Origin: Kofleriaceae bacterium
GTDB lineage: Bacteria > Myxococcota_A > Polyangia > Haliangiales > Haliangiaceae
Reading direction: 5' to 3'
DNA length: 14,869 nt
Assembly (NCBI GenBank): GCA_046597055.1
Contig: JBKJLC010000117.1
Location: 1-14,869, forward strand
Within the stretch, counting starts at the first letter, position 1; each line of letters starts with the position of its first letter. The position numbers and the translations under genes are program-made. Below are positions 1-13,735 of this stretch, one piece after another. Under the pieces are notes generated by a model. It had not been told where the DNA came from, did no database searches, and worked only from the letters and a program-made list of their open reading frames with translations.

Positions 1-665
<665 letters not shown>

Positions 666-669
<4 letters not shown>

Positions 670-2360
670 GTCGTCCGGATCGTCGCCATCGGTCGAGCCG
701 CATCGTCGCTGCCGCGCTGGTCGCGATCGCGTCCCTGGTCGGTCCCGCCGCGCCCGCGTTCGCCGACGAGCTGGCCTGGCAGGTCGTCGAGACCCTGCCG
801 GGCGAGCCGACCGAGAAGGACAAGAACCCGCCGCCGATGATCAAGATCAAGGTGACGGGCGAGGTCGCGCCCAAGCCCGAGGACGCCGCCAAATTCTTGC
901 TGCGGCAGACCGACGTGCGGATGAAGGGCGTCCCGCCCATCGGCTCGCTGGTCGTCCCGTACCACAAGTCCAACGAGACGCTCGGCGTGGTCGTGCTGGT
1001 CGAGGGGCACCAGTACTACTTCGGGAATGACAAGTACGTCGAGGACTCGGCCGCGTGCGGCGCCGGCGGCGATCCCAACGCGCCGTGCCGGATCGTCAAG
1101 AAGGCGGCCGGCGTCTACGACACGATCGTCGCTGCGCTCGACGCGCCCGGCGCCAAGGACGACGAGACGCCGTCGACCATCTCGCGAGCGGGGCCCAGGT
1201 CGGGCTCCAAGGGCGCGCTGATCGTCTACAGCGCCGGCGCCGACATCCGCTACCCGATGGGTGACCTCGCCCAGCTGACCGGCGACAAGCTCGGTGCCCA
1301 GGAGCTGCAGAAGAACAAGACCAGCCGCGAGCTCTCGGTCGGCCTGCGCGAGGCCTACATCCAGCTGAAGAAGGCGAGCACCAGCCGCAAGGTGATCTTC
1401 CTCATCAGCGACGGTCACGACGACAGCGCCGGTGGCGCGGAGGAGATCCGCGCGATCAAGAAGCAGCTCGACGCCGACAAGATCGACGTCTTCGCCTTCC
1501 ACCTCGAGTCGGACCCCCAGTACTTCGCCGACGACAACAACCAGACCGTCAAGACCTCGCACAAGTCGAACATGCTGGCGCTGGCGGGCAGCCCGACCAA
1601 CCTGTTCAAGCCCAAGGACGCCGCTGACCTCGCGCTCAAGATCGCCGCGGCGGTCTCGGGCTCGATCAACAACCGATACTGGATGACCTTCCCCGGCCAG
1701 GTGGTCGATCCCAAGACCAAGGTCAAGGCGGGCTTCACGTGGGACGAGAAGGAGCACGAGCTCATGCTCGAGCGCGACGGCGCCGAGCTCAGCGAGAAGC
1801 CGGCCCTGGTCGTGCTGGCGCCGAAGTGGGGCCAGGCGAAGGGCGGCTCGCTGTGGTGGCTGTGGCTCGCGATCCCTGGAGGCGTGCTGCTGCTCGGCGT
1901 CCTGATCCTGCTGTTCACCGGCAAGAAGGAGCCGGCGCCGATGCCGATGCCCATGCCGATGCCGATGCCGATGGCGGCGGCGCCACCACCGCCGATCCAT
2001 GCCGCGCCGGCGCAGTCGAACAAGACGATGGCGATCAACATCTCGAGCGGCGATGGCGTGCCGGTGGTCGGCTGGCTCGTGCCGATCAACGGACCGCAGT
2101 CGTTCCAGACGTTCAAGTGTGTCGCCGGGGTCACCAAGGTCGGGAACACCCAGGGTGCCCACATCGTGATCAACGACGGGTTCATGAGCGGCGATCACGC
2201 CCACATCGCCATGTCGCCGAACGGCTTCACGTTGGTCGACAACAACTCGACCAACGGCACGTTCGTCAACGAGCGCCGGGTGCAGCGTCACGAGCTCATC
2301 GACAACGACGTCATCAAGTTCGGCAAGACGGACTGCAAGTTCAAGACGATCCTGGGTTAG
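666..2360 (+). CDS. Single-pass membrane protein: signal peptide, vWA-like exported domain, TM helix, Pro/Met linker, cytoplasmic FHA
   Basis: Sec-type signal (RIVAAALVAIASLVGPAAPAFA|D). vWA-like beta/alpha pattern (LGVVVLVE, ALIVY, RKVIFLISDG, IDVFAF). TM LWWLWLAIPGGVLLLGVLILLF followed by GKKE. FHA motifs SGDH, STNGTFVN, IKFG. FHA call is solid; vWA call is moderate. Confidence 0.85.
1938..1973 (+). repeat. In-frame hexanucleotide repeat (CCGATG)6, one unit CCCATG, encoding (Pro-Met)6
   Basis: Read directly: ccgatg ccgatg cccatg ccgatg ccgatg ccgatg. Confidence 0.9.
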
Positions 2361-2369
2361 GCATCGGAG

Positions 2370-2831
<462 letters not shown>

Positions 2832-2861
2832 CGCGTGCCGGCTCGCGAACGAGATGATCGA

Positions 2862-4451
2862 ATGAGCAACCAGACCCGATTCCCGCTGGTCACGTGCGCG
2901 GTCGCGCTCGTGCTCGCCCTGGCTGGCGTCGCTGCGGCGTCGCCGCAGCTGACGTTCGAGCCCCAGCCGCCGGTCCCGACCGACACGGACAAGCACCCAC
3001 CGCCCTCGATGCGGGTGACGGTCATCGACGGACCGGGTGGCCTGGCCGCGGACGCGTTCGCGCTGCGCCAGCCCGACACCGGCCTGTTGCCGATCAAGGC
3101 GAGCTCGGTGCTCCGCTACGCCGAGGGCCACGAGCCGCTCGGGCTGGTGGTGTTGATCGAGGGTGACCAGCGCTACCTGTCGGCGCTGCCGAACCTGCTC
3201 TCCTCGCTCGAGGGCACGCTGGGCTCGCTGGGGCAGGCCGGCCCCAAGGGGTCGCAGGCGCTGGTGCTGCTGTACGCCGGGCAGGCCACCCCGCTCGCGC
3301 CAGCCGGTCCGCTCGACGGCCTGGCCACGGTCAAGCTGACGCCGCTGCCCGGGGCCGGCCCGACCGTCGCGCGCGACCTCGCGGGCGCCGTCAAGCAGGC
3401 GATCGCCGAGCTCGACAAGCTGACGACCCCGCGCAAGGCGCTCCTGGTGATCGGGGATGGCATCGATGGCGCCGGGGCCAAGGCGCCGTCGGGCGCGATG
3501 CGCGAGCTCGCCAAGCTGCTGCAGGAGAAGCAGATCACGAGCTATGCGATCGTGCTCCAGCCCGACGCGCCAGCGCTCGGTGCGCCGCCCCCGACGCCGG
3601 TCCAGTTCGATCCCAAGACCGGCGACGAGCTGCCCGAGGACCCCGCGCTGGGGGCCCAGTTCCAGGCGGCCGACAACGAGTGGCGCCGGGTCAAGGAGAC
3701 CGCGGTCGGTGACATGAAGGCGCTCACCGACGGCAACGCGCAGAGGCTGATGTCGGTCAGCAACATCGGCACCTCGGTCAGCGCGTTCACGACCCTGCTC
3801 GACGACCGCTTCTACCTGCTGTTTCCTGGCTACGACCCCCGGACCAAGGCGGGCCTGGTCTGGGACGGCAAGGAGCGTCCCCTGATGCTGCGGATCGACG
3901 GCGTCGACACCACCGCGGTCGGCGTGGTCATGAGGCCGACGTGGCGCCCGCCCGGCGGGGGCGCGACGTGGTGGATCTGGCTGCTGGTCTCCGGAGGCGC
4001 ACTCGCGCTGGTGGCCGGGGTGGTCATGATCGTCAAGAAGCCCAAGCCGCTGCCGCCACCGCCACCGCCGGTGGTCGCGCCGCCGCCGCCGCAGGCGCCG
4101 GCGGTGCGGCAGAAGACGATGTTCGCCGCGATGGACGGCGACGCGGTGTTCCCGATGGTCGGGTGGGTGGTCTTCATGAACGGGCCGAAGCGGCTCAAGT
4201 TCGTCAAGATCAAGCAGGGCGTCACCAAGATCGGCACGGGCGCAAACTCCGACGTGGTGATCGACGACGGCTACATGAGCACCGACCACGCCATGGTCGT
4301 GATGACGCCCGACGGCTTCTGGCTGCAGGACAACAACTCGGCCAACGGGACCTTTCTGAATGACAACAAGCTGGTCAAGAAGGAGGAGCTCGGTGACAAC
4401 GACCTCATCCTTCTCGGCAAGACCGTCCTCAAGTTCAAGTCGGTGATGTGA
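2862..4451 (+). CDS. Paralog of 666-2360: signal peptide, vWA-like domain, TM, Pro-rich linker, FHA
   Basis: ATG 2862 preferred over GTG 2835 because it puts the signal peptide at the N-terminus (MSNQTRFPLVTCAVALVLALAGVAAA|S). Colinear motifs with the 666 gene, including RKALLVIGDG. TM WWIWLLVSGGALALVAGVVMIV followed by KK. FHA motifs STDH, SANGTFLN. Confidence 0.85.
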   Translation: MSNQTRFPLVTCAVALVLALAGVAAASPQLTFEPQPPVPTDTDKHPPPSMRVTVIDGPGGLAADAFALRQPDTGLLPIKASSVLRYAEGHEPLGLVVLIEGDQRYLSALPNLLSSLEGTLGSLGQAGPKGSQALVLLYAGQATPLAPAGPLDGLATVKLTPLPGAGPTVARDLAGAVKQAIAELDKLTTPRKALLVIGDGIDGAGAKAPSGAMRELAKLLQEKQITSYAIVLQPDAPALGAPPPTPVQFDPKTGDELPEDPALGAQFQAADNEWRRVKETAVGDMKALTDGNAQRLMSVSNIGTSVSAFTTLLDDRFYLLFPGYDPRTKAGLVWDGKERPLMLRIDGVDTTAVGVVMRPTWRPPGGGATWWIWLLVSGGALALVAGVVMIVKKPKPLPPPPPPVVAPPPPQAPAVRQKTMFAAMDGDAVFPMVGWVVFMNGPKRLKFVKIKQGVTKIGTGANSDVVIDDGYMSTDHAMVVMTPDGFWLQDNNSANGTFLNDNKLVKKEELGDNDLILLGKTVLKFKSVM

Positions 4452-4628
4452 TCGGACCGGCCGCCCTGAAATGGCGGCATGGTCTGGCAGGGAGCGGGCG
4501 CCACCTGCGGGACATCGCGCGGCACGCGGCTTCCGAGGCCGGCGACGCTGCCCCGTCTCGTCGGTGCCTTTGGCTTCGCCGGGCAGGATTCGAGGGAGAC
4601 GCGCGTAGCGGGCGCCATCCTGCTCGGC

Positions 4629-4634
4629 TACGAT
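4629..4634 (+). promoter_or_regulatory. Possible sigma70-type -10 hexamer TACGAT
   Basis: TAnnnT hexamer 10 nt upstream of ATG 4645, at the end of a ~190-bp intergenic gap. No clear -35 or Shine-Dalgarno. Confidence 0.3.
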
Positions 4635-4644
4635 GGTGACATCC

Positions 4645-7272
<2,628 letters not shown>

Positions 7273-7347
7273 CGCGCCCCGCCGACGCCGAGTCGTAGCT
7301 GCGATGTTGTTGTAGACGTTCGATCGACGAGCCGAAAAGAAGAACCG

Positions 7348-8973
<1,626 letters not shown>

Positions 8974-8986
8974 AGGAGGCCAGGCG

Positions 8987-9394
8987 ATGTCGCACTTCAC
9001 GAAATGTGAGCTGAAGATGACCAACCTCGCGGCCCTCAAGGCCGCGCTGGCCGACCTGCAGCTGAACCACCTCGCCGCCGAGGAGGGGCAGTCCGTGACC
9101 GTGCGTGGCTACCGCGGCGACACGCTGCAGGCCGCGATCAAGGTCGACATGGGCCAGTACGACATCGGCATCGTCTCGACCGGCGAGGGCACCTACGACC
9201 TGGTCGCCGACTGGTGGGGCGTCGAGACTACCAAGGGCGTGTCCGAGGCGGAGTTCAAGAACTCGCTCTCGCAGAAGTACCAGTATCACAACGTGAAGAT
9301 GGCCTGCGAAGGCAAGGGCTATGCGGTCGAGGAGGAGGTCAACGAGGAGGACGGGTCGATCCGGCTCGTGGTGCGGAAGTGGGTCAACGAGTGA
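8987..9394 (+). CDS. DUF1257 / Ycf35-like protein
   Basis: Strong SD GAGGAGG (8973-8979) before ATG 8987. MSHF start, L..AL.DL, VRGY.G, YDIG, YDLVAD.W, Q.Y, EEE..EDGSIRLVVRKW match my recollection of this family. Confidence 0.85.
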   Translation: MSHFTKCELKMTNLAALKAALADLQLNHLAAEEGQSVTVRGYRGDTLQAAIKVDMGQYDIGIVSTGEGTYDLVADWWGVETTKGVSEAEFKNSLSQKYQYHNVKMACEGKGYAVEEEVNEEDGSIRLVVRKWVNE

Positions 9395-9424
9395 TCGGGC
9401 GCGAGCAAGCAGGAGGAGTCGACC

Positions 9425-9646
9425 ATGCATAAGCAGGACATCGAGATCGTGATCTCGCCCACCGGGGAGGTCACCTTCACCGTGAAGGGCGTCAAGGGCG
9501 CCAGCTGCTTCGACGAGACCAAGTTCCTCGAGCAGGCGCTCGGCGGCGGCGTGCTCGAGCAGCAGAAGACGGGCGAGTACTACGAACAATCGGAGGGTTA
9601 CGTCTCGACCTGGGCCGGAGACGGCGGGGAAGGGAAAGACGATTGA
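9425..9646 (+). CDS. DUF2997-like small protein
   Basis: SD AGGAGGAG (9411-9418). IEIVISPTGEV...VKGVKG.SC...TK.LEQALG......T.EYY pattern; usual neighbour of DUF1257/Ycf46-like genes. Confidence 0.8.
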   Translation: MHKQDIEIVISPTGEVTFTVKGVKGASCFDETKFLEQALGGGVLEQQKTGEYYEQSEGYVSTWAGDGGEGKDD

Positions 9647-9651
9647 CCCCG

Positions 9652-9679
9652 TATAATGGTCAGCCGCGGTCGACCGCGG
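9652..9679 (+). promoter_or_regulatory. Perfect TATAAT (9652-9657) followed by perfect 16-bp palindrome CCGCGGTCGACCGCGG (9664-9679)
   Basis: Both read directly in the 62-bp gap before ATG 9709. No -35 at canonical spacing. Confidence 0.45.
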
Positions 9680-9708
9680 TTCCGCGCTCCGCGCGTTAGC
9701 GAACCCCC

Positions 9709-10350
9709 ATGGCTGACAACGACGACGAAATCGACGAGCTGGCCGCGCTCGAACCGGAGGAGATCTCCGACCAGCTGGCGCGCGACATCGCCAAGCGGTG
9801 GGATCCGGATCGGCTGCTGCAGCTGGTCGCCTCGCGCGCCGGTCGCGGCGAGGCGCTCGATCACTCCTTGCGGGAGCGCTACGAGCAGAAGCTCGGCATC
9901 GATCTCGGTCACGTCCGGCTCTATTCGGGCGAGTTTGCCGAGGAGTTCAACAAGCGCCGCAACGCCGACGCCGTGACCATCGGCGGGACCGGCATGATCC
10001 TCATGGGCGGCACCACCGACCGGTCGATGGCGACCGCCGCGGGCCAGGCCCTGCTCGCCCACGAGCTCACCCACGTGGCCCAGGCCGAGCGTGGCCTCCA
10101 CCGGGCCGGTCGCGGTGCCGACATGGAGCTGGCGACCGAGGAGAACGAGGCCGAGGCCGAAGAGGCCGAGCAGTCCGAGATGGCGGCGCAGACCGGCGGC
10201 GGTGGCGGTGGCGGCAGTGGCGGCGGCGGGGGTGGCGCTGCCAAGGCCGGCCAGCTGGAGGAAGAGGTCGTCCAGCGCGTGATCGACATGCTGGGCGAAT
10301 CGATGCGCGTGCTGGTGGACCGCTCGGGCCCCGAGATGCGTCGGCCCTGA
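9709..10350 (+). CDS. DUF4157 (eCIS-core-domain-like) protein with HExxH motif
   Basis: GEALD..LR.RYE..LG.DLG.VRL, A.A.TIG, LLAHELTHVAQ and downstream E.EA fit DUF4157. Confidence 0.8.
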   Translation: MADNDDEIDELAALEPEEISDQLARDIAKRWDPDRLLQLVASRAGRGEALDHSLRERYEQKLGIDLGHVRLYSGEFAEEFNKRRNADAVTIGGTGMILMGGTTDRSMATAAGQALLAHELTHVAQAERGLHRAGRGADMELATEENEAEAEEAEQSEMAAQTGGGGGGGSGGGGGGAAKAGQLEEEVVQRVIDMLGESMRVLVDRSGPEMRRP

Positions 10351-10389
10351 CGCTTCTCCGACCTCGTCGACCGCGGTACGCTGCCAGGC

Positions 10390-11070
10390 GTGAGTGACTT
10401 TTCCGCCGACGGTGGTCCGGTGCAGTCACGGCTCCAGCTCGAACGGCTGGTGGCCAGTGACGAGCTGGCAGGGCGGACCCTGTCCGGCTTTGCCGCCCCT
10501 GGCGTGCTGTTGCGTTCGGTCGATCTCGACGGGCTCGTCATCGAGCGCTGCGACCTGCAGGACGCCGACGGGGAAGACTCGCGGCTCGAGCGCGCCGAGC
10601 TGCGGCAGACCGATGCCCGCCGGTCGCGCTGGGGCGGTGGCCTGTGGAACCGGGTGAAGGCGGTCGACTCCGACCTGACCGAGATCGACCTCGGCGGCGC
10701 CCAGCTGCTGCGCTGCGAGCTGGGACCGGCGCGGATGGCGCGCGCGCGCTTCAAGCACGCCAAGATCCAGTCGACGACCTTCCAGGCCGCCGAGCTGTAC
10801 GGCGCCGACTTCTCGGGCGCGGTGCTGACCCGGGTCGTGTTCGACGGCTACGACGGGACGACCGTGTCGCTGTCGCGCGCCGACTTCTCGGGAGCCTCGC
10901 TGTTCGAGGTCGACTTCAAGCGCGCCAATCTGTACGCCGCCGTGTTTCGTCAGGCGATGTTGTTCCGCTGCGATCTGCGCGGCGTGAACCTGTCCTCCGC
11001 CGACCTGCGTGGCGCCCGCCTGGTCGGGTGCCTGACGCAGGGCGCCGACCTCGACGGCGTCCAGGTCTGA
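10390..11070 (+). CDS. Pentapeptide-repeat protein
   Basis: GTG start. Many A(D/N/E)(L/F)xx pentads: AELYG ADFSG AVLTR; ADFSG ASLFE VDFKR ANLYA; CDLRG VNLSS ADLRG ARLVG. Confidence 0.85.
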   Translation: MSDFSADGGPVQSRLQLERLVASDELAGRTLSGFAAPGVLLRSVDLDGLVIERCDLQDADGEDSRLERAELRQTDARRSRWGGGLWNRVKAVDSDLTEIDLGGAQLLRCELGPARMARARFKHAKIQSTTFQAAELYGADFSGAVLTRVVFDGYDGTTVSLSRADFSGASLFEVDFKRANLYAAVFRQAMLFRCDLRGVNLSSADLRGARLVGCLTQGADLDGVQV

Positions 11071-11102
11071 GCAATGTCCGAACGACCGAACGTGGAGTGA
11101 CC

Positions 11103-11744
11103 ATGCCGACCCGCCCCGATCTCCGCGACCTCACCACTGGCGTGAAAGATGCGCTCGGCGACAGCGATCGCGAGACCCTGCTCGAGGTCCTGACGTTCGT
11201 GATCAAGGAGTACATCGTCGACGGACCGCCGCCGATGTTGATGCACCAGGCCGAGACCATCGCGGATCTGAGCCGGCTGTCGTTCGCCCAGCTGATCACG
11301 GCGCTGCAGACCCGCCTCGACCTGCCCGAGCTCGCGATGTTCGCGGTCGACGGCGACCAGGTCTCGGTGCGCGTCGGTGGGGTCATGCATGCGCTGGTCG
11401 CCAGCCGCGGTGCGCCCGCGGCCGAGCTGCCGCGCCCGGCCAGCGGCGTGCGGGTGGTCGAGTCCCCCGCCGCCGCGCCCCGGCCGCCGGCGGCCCCGTC
11501 GCGGCCGTCGGCTGCGCCCTTGGCGCCGATGCCGTCGACCCAGACCGAGCGTGGCGCCGCGCCTCCACCCGCGCGCGGCGTGTCGGTGCGCGAGCGTCCA
11601 CCCGGCGAGGTCGGCCCGCCGGCCGGCGCCCCGGCGCCCGGTCAGCCCGCGGCGGCCCAGCCCGCGGCGCCGTCCGGTGACCGTCGTGACGACGCCGGCG
11701 GCGACGACGCCTCCGCCCGGTTCTCGCTGCTGGAGCTCGACTGA
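11103..11744 (+). CDS. Hypothetical protein (213 aa): globular N-terminus, Pro/Ala linker, C-terminal RFSLLELD
   Basis: ATG 11103 with GGAG at 11094-11097; GC3-biased codons; stop overlaps next start (TGATG). Confidence 0.8.
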   Translation: MPTRPDLRDLTTGVKDALGDSDRETLLEVLTFVIKEYIVDGPPPMLMHQAETIADLSRLSFAQLITALQTRLDLPELAMFAVDGDQVSVRVGGVMHALVASRGAPAAELPRPASGVRVVESPAAAPRPPAAPSRPSAAPLAPMPSTQTERGAAPPPARGVSVRERPPGEVGPPAGAPAPGQPAAAQPAAPSGDRRDDAGGDDASARFSLLELD

Positions 11745-12205
11745 TGAGCTCGGTCGCGCGTCGCTACTACGAGCGCGGCGTGGCCGCCTATCAGAGCGGC
11801 GATACCCAGGGTGCGGTCGAGCAGCTGCAGGCTGCCGTCGAGCTGGCCCCGGCATTCGGCAATGCCCGCGTCGCGTACGCGGTCGCGCTCGCCAGGTACG
11901 GCGACTGTCCGCGTGCCGCCCAGATCCTGCGCAGCGGCTTGCCCCGCGCCACATCTCCGGTCGCGGCGGCCGCCCTCTCGGCCACGCTGGGCGACGTCCT
12001 CACCCTCGGCGGCGACTTCTTCGGCGCCGAGGAGGCGTTCCGCAGCGCGTCCGCGGTCGCCGGCTTCGAGGTCCGCGCCGCCTCGGGCCTCGCCCGCGTC
12101 TACGCCAAGCTCGGCCGCTTCCCCGACGCCATCGCCGAGCTCAAGAAGGCTGCCGCCGGCAGCGCCGCCAACGCCACCAGCACGCCGGCCGCGCCCGCCC
12201 GCTGA
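11744..12205 (+). CDS. Tetratricopeptide repeat protein (about 4 TPRs)
   Basis: YYERGVAAYQSGD..GA...L..AVELAP; AYAVALARYGD...A; LGDVL...GDF.GAEEAF; GLARVYAKLGRF.DA...L. Confidence 0.85.
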   Translation: MSSVARRYYERGVAAYQSGDTQGAVEQLQAAVELAPAFGNARVAYAVALARYGDCPRAAQILRSGLPRATSPVAAAALSATLGDVLTLGGDFFGAEEAFRSASAVAGFEVRAASGLARVYAKLGRFPDAIAELKKAAAGSAANATSTPAAPAR

Positions 12206-12222
12206 CCCGCCCGACGGGTCGG
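12202..12222 (+). terminator. Possible weak terminator/stabilising hairpin at the TPR gene stop
   Basis: GACCCG-cccga-CGGGTC stem-loop (12204-12220); no U-tract. Confidence 0.25.
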
Positions 12223-12307
12223 CCTGAGCGCATGGCGCGGAACGCTGGTCACTCGCGAGCCCGGCTTGGCTTCCGAGGTCCGAGCCGCCGAGCGCCGACC
12301 GCCCTCT

Positions 12308-12525
12308 GCCCTCGGGATTGATCACAATTCGCCACGTGATCGGAAGCGCTTCACCTTTTCCGGTGTCCCTGACCCTGAGCTCGTCGAAGGGGCGCAGCGC
12401 GAAGTCGAAGGGCAGACGCCCAGGGTGGTGGCCCCCGCGCTTCGACGGGCTGGCCCTTCGACTCCGGGCTCGCAACGAGCCCTTCTCTCAGGGACACCGG
12501 AAAGATGTGGGGGATCCTGAGGACC
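12308..12525. repeat. Palindromic REP-doublet/MITE-like unit 1
   Basis: Starts GCCCTCGGGATTGATCACAA. Perfect 16-bp IR TTTCCGGTGTCCCTGA (12357-12372) / TCAGGGACACCGGAAA (12488-12503). Inner IR AGTCGAAGGGC (12403-12413) / GCCCTTCGACT (12453-12463). Ends GATGTGGGGGATCCTGAGGACC. Confidence 0.8.
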
Positions 12526-12732
12526 GCCCTCGGGATTGATCACAAGTCTTCATGCGATCGGCAGCGCTCACCTTTCCCGGTGGCCCTGAGCCGGCGCCGC
12601 AGGCGCCGTGTCGAAGGGCAGAGCGCCAAGGTGCCGCACGTGATCTTCGACGGACTGCTCTTCGACGGCGGGCTCGCGTGCGCTCGCCCTGGCTCAGGGC
12701 CACCGGGAAAGATGTGCGGGATCCTGAGGACC
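12526..12732. repeat. Palindromic REP-doublet/MITE-like unit 2 (diverged tandem copy)
   Basis: Same 20-bp start. Perfect 21-bp IR CTTTCCCGGTGGCCCTGAGCC (12572-12592) / GGCTCAGGGCCACCGGGAAAG (12691-12711). Ends GATGTGCGGGATCCTGAGGACC. Confidence 0.8.
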
Positions 12733-12770
12733 GCCCTTCGACTCCGCGCTTCGCGCTTCGCTCAGGGCGA
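12733..12770. repeat. Solo REP-like palindrome GCCCTTCGAC...CTCAGGGC
   Basis: gcccttcgactccgcgcttcgcgcttcgctcagggcga; same CCCTTCGAC..CTCAGGG motif as the arms of units 1 and 2. Confidence 0.7.
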
Positions 12771-12846
12771 CCGGGTGAGCGGGTGAGCGGGTCGTGACGA
12801 AATGGGGGGGACCGGCCAACGACGCAGCCGAGGCCCGCAGCCGCGG

Positions 12847-13671
12847 CTAGTAGGCGGGTTGCTGGTAGCCGTAGTGACCCACCGACGCCGCCCACAGGGT
12901 GTCGACGAAGGCCTGGGCGAGCACGACGGTGATGTTGTCGGAGCCGCCGTTGTTGTTGGCGGCGCGGACCAGGTTCTCGGCGGTGACCTCGAGCGGGTCG
13001 CCGGCCGTCATGATCTCGCGGATCATCCAGTCGTCGACCAGATCGGACAGGCCGTCGCAGCACAGCAGGTAGACGTCGCCGTGCTCGATCGGCAGGGTGT
13101 TGTGCTCGATCTCGACGGCGGCATCGAGCCCGACCGCCCGGATGATGACGTTGGAGGTCGCCGGGCCGAGCTGGCCGATGAGATCGGGCCGGTCCTGGTA
13201 CAGGTTGCGCAGCGAGTGGTCGCGCGAGAGCGGGTGGAACTGGCCGTGGCGCAGCAGGTACGCGCGCGAGTCGCCGCAGTGGCAGATGTGAAGGGTGTTG
13301 CCGTCGACGCGGAGGCCGACCACCGTGGTGCCCATGCCGTGACACGACGGGTCCTGCTGTGCGCGCTGGAACACCGCCGCGTTGGCGGCCTTCATCGCGA
13401 CCGCCAGCGGGTCCATGCCGGGGCCGGGCGCCGGGTCGTTGGTCTTGAGCGCGTGCACGATGGTCCGGATCGCGAGGTCCGAGGCGACCTGGCCCGACGC
13501 ATGACCACCCATGCCGTCGCACACCAGGTACAGGCCGAGGAAGTCGTCGTAGTACATGGCGTCCTCGTTCTGAGTACGCTGCACGCCTACATCGGTCAGG
13601 CCGACCGTTCGCATCACGTACCGATCGATCGGCACGACGCGAGGCTCGCTGTTGCTCTCGGTGCCGTTCAT
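12847..13671 (-). CDS. PP2C/PPM-family Ser/Thr protein phosphatase (Stp1/PrpC-like)
   Basis: TDVG..R..NED, VCDGMGGH, GMGTT, HCGDSRAY, DHS, NVIIRAVG, LLCCDGL, GGSDNITVV. GAGG lies 5 nt before ATG 13671. Confidence 0.95.
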   Translation of the reverse strand: MNGTESNSEPRVVPIDRYVMRTVGLTDVGVQRTQNEDAMYYDDFLGLYLVCDGMGGHASGQVASDLAIRTIVHALKTNDPAPGPGMDPLAVAMKAANAAVFQRAQQDPSCHGMGTTVVGLRVDGNTLHICHCGDSRAYLLRHGQFHPLSRDHSLRNLYQDRPDLIGQLGPATSNVIIRAVGLDAAVEIEHNTLPIEHGDVYLLCCDGLSDLVDDWMIREIMTAGDPLEVTAENLVRAANNNGGSDNITVVLAQAFVDTLWAASVGHYGYQQPAY

Positions 13672-13735
13672 GGCCGCCTCGCGACGCACTTGGCGCACGT
13701 CGGTATTACGAGCGCGGTCGGCCGAACCTTCCTCG

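Noticed and set aside
4520..4534. Sigma54-like site CGGCACG-CGGC-TTCC
   Set aside because: The -12 element reads TTCC rather than TTGC; the near-invariant GC is missing.
9643..9657. TTGACC + TATAAT as a complete sigma70 promoter
   Set aside because: Only 3 bp apart rather than about 17, and TTGA includes the DUF2997 stop codon; only the -10 was retained.
10644..11102. N-terminal extension of the 366-aa ORF 10644-11744
   Set aside because: Overlaps the pentapeptide gene out of frame and is Arg-rich noise; ATG 11103 has an SD.
12297..12770. CRISPR array interpretation of the intergenic repeats
   Set aside because: Period is about 210 bp, the intervening sequences are homologous and palindromic rather than unique spacers, and there are no cas genes.
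12266..12797. Small ORFs across the repeat region
   Set aside because: They are translations of palindromic repeats, with no RBS or codon bias support.
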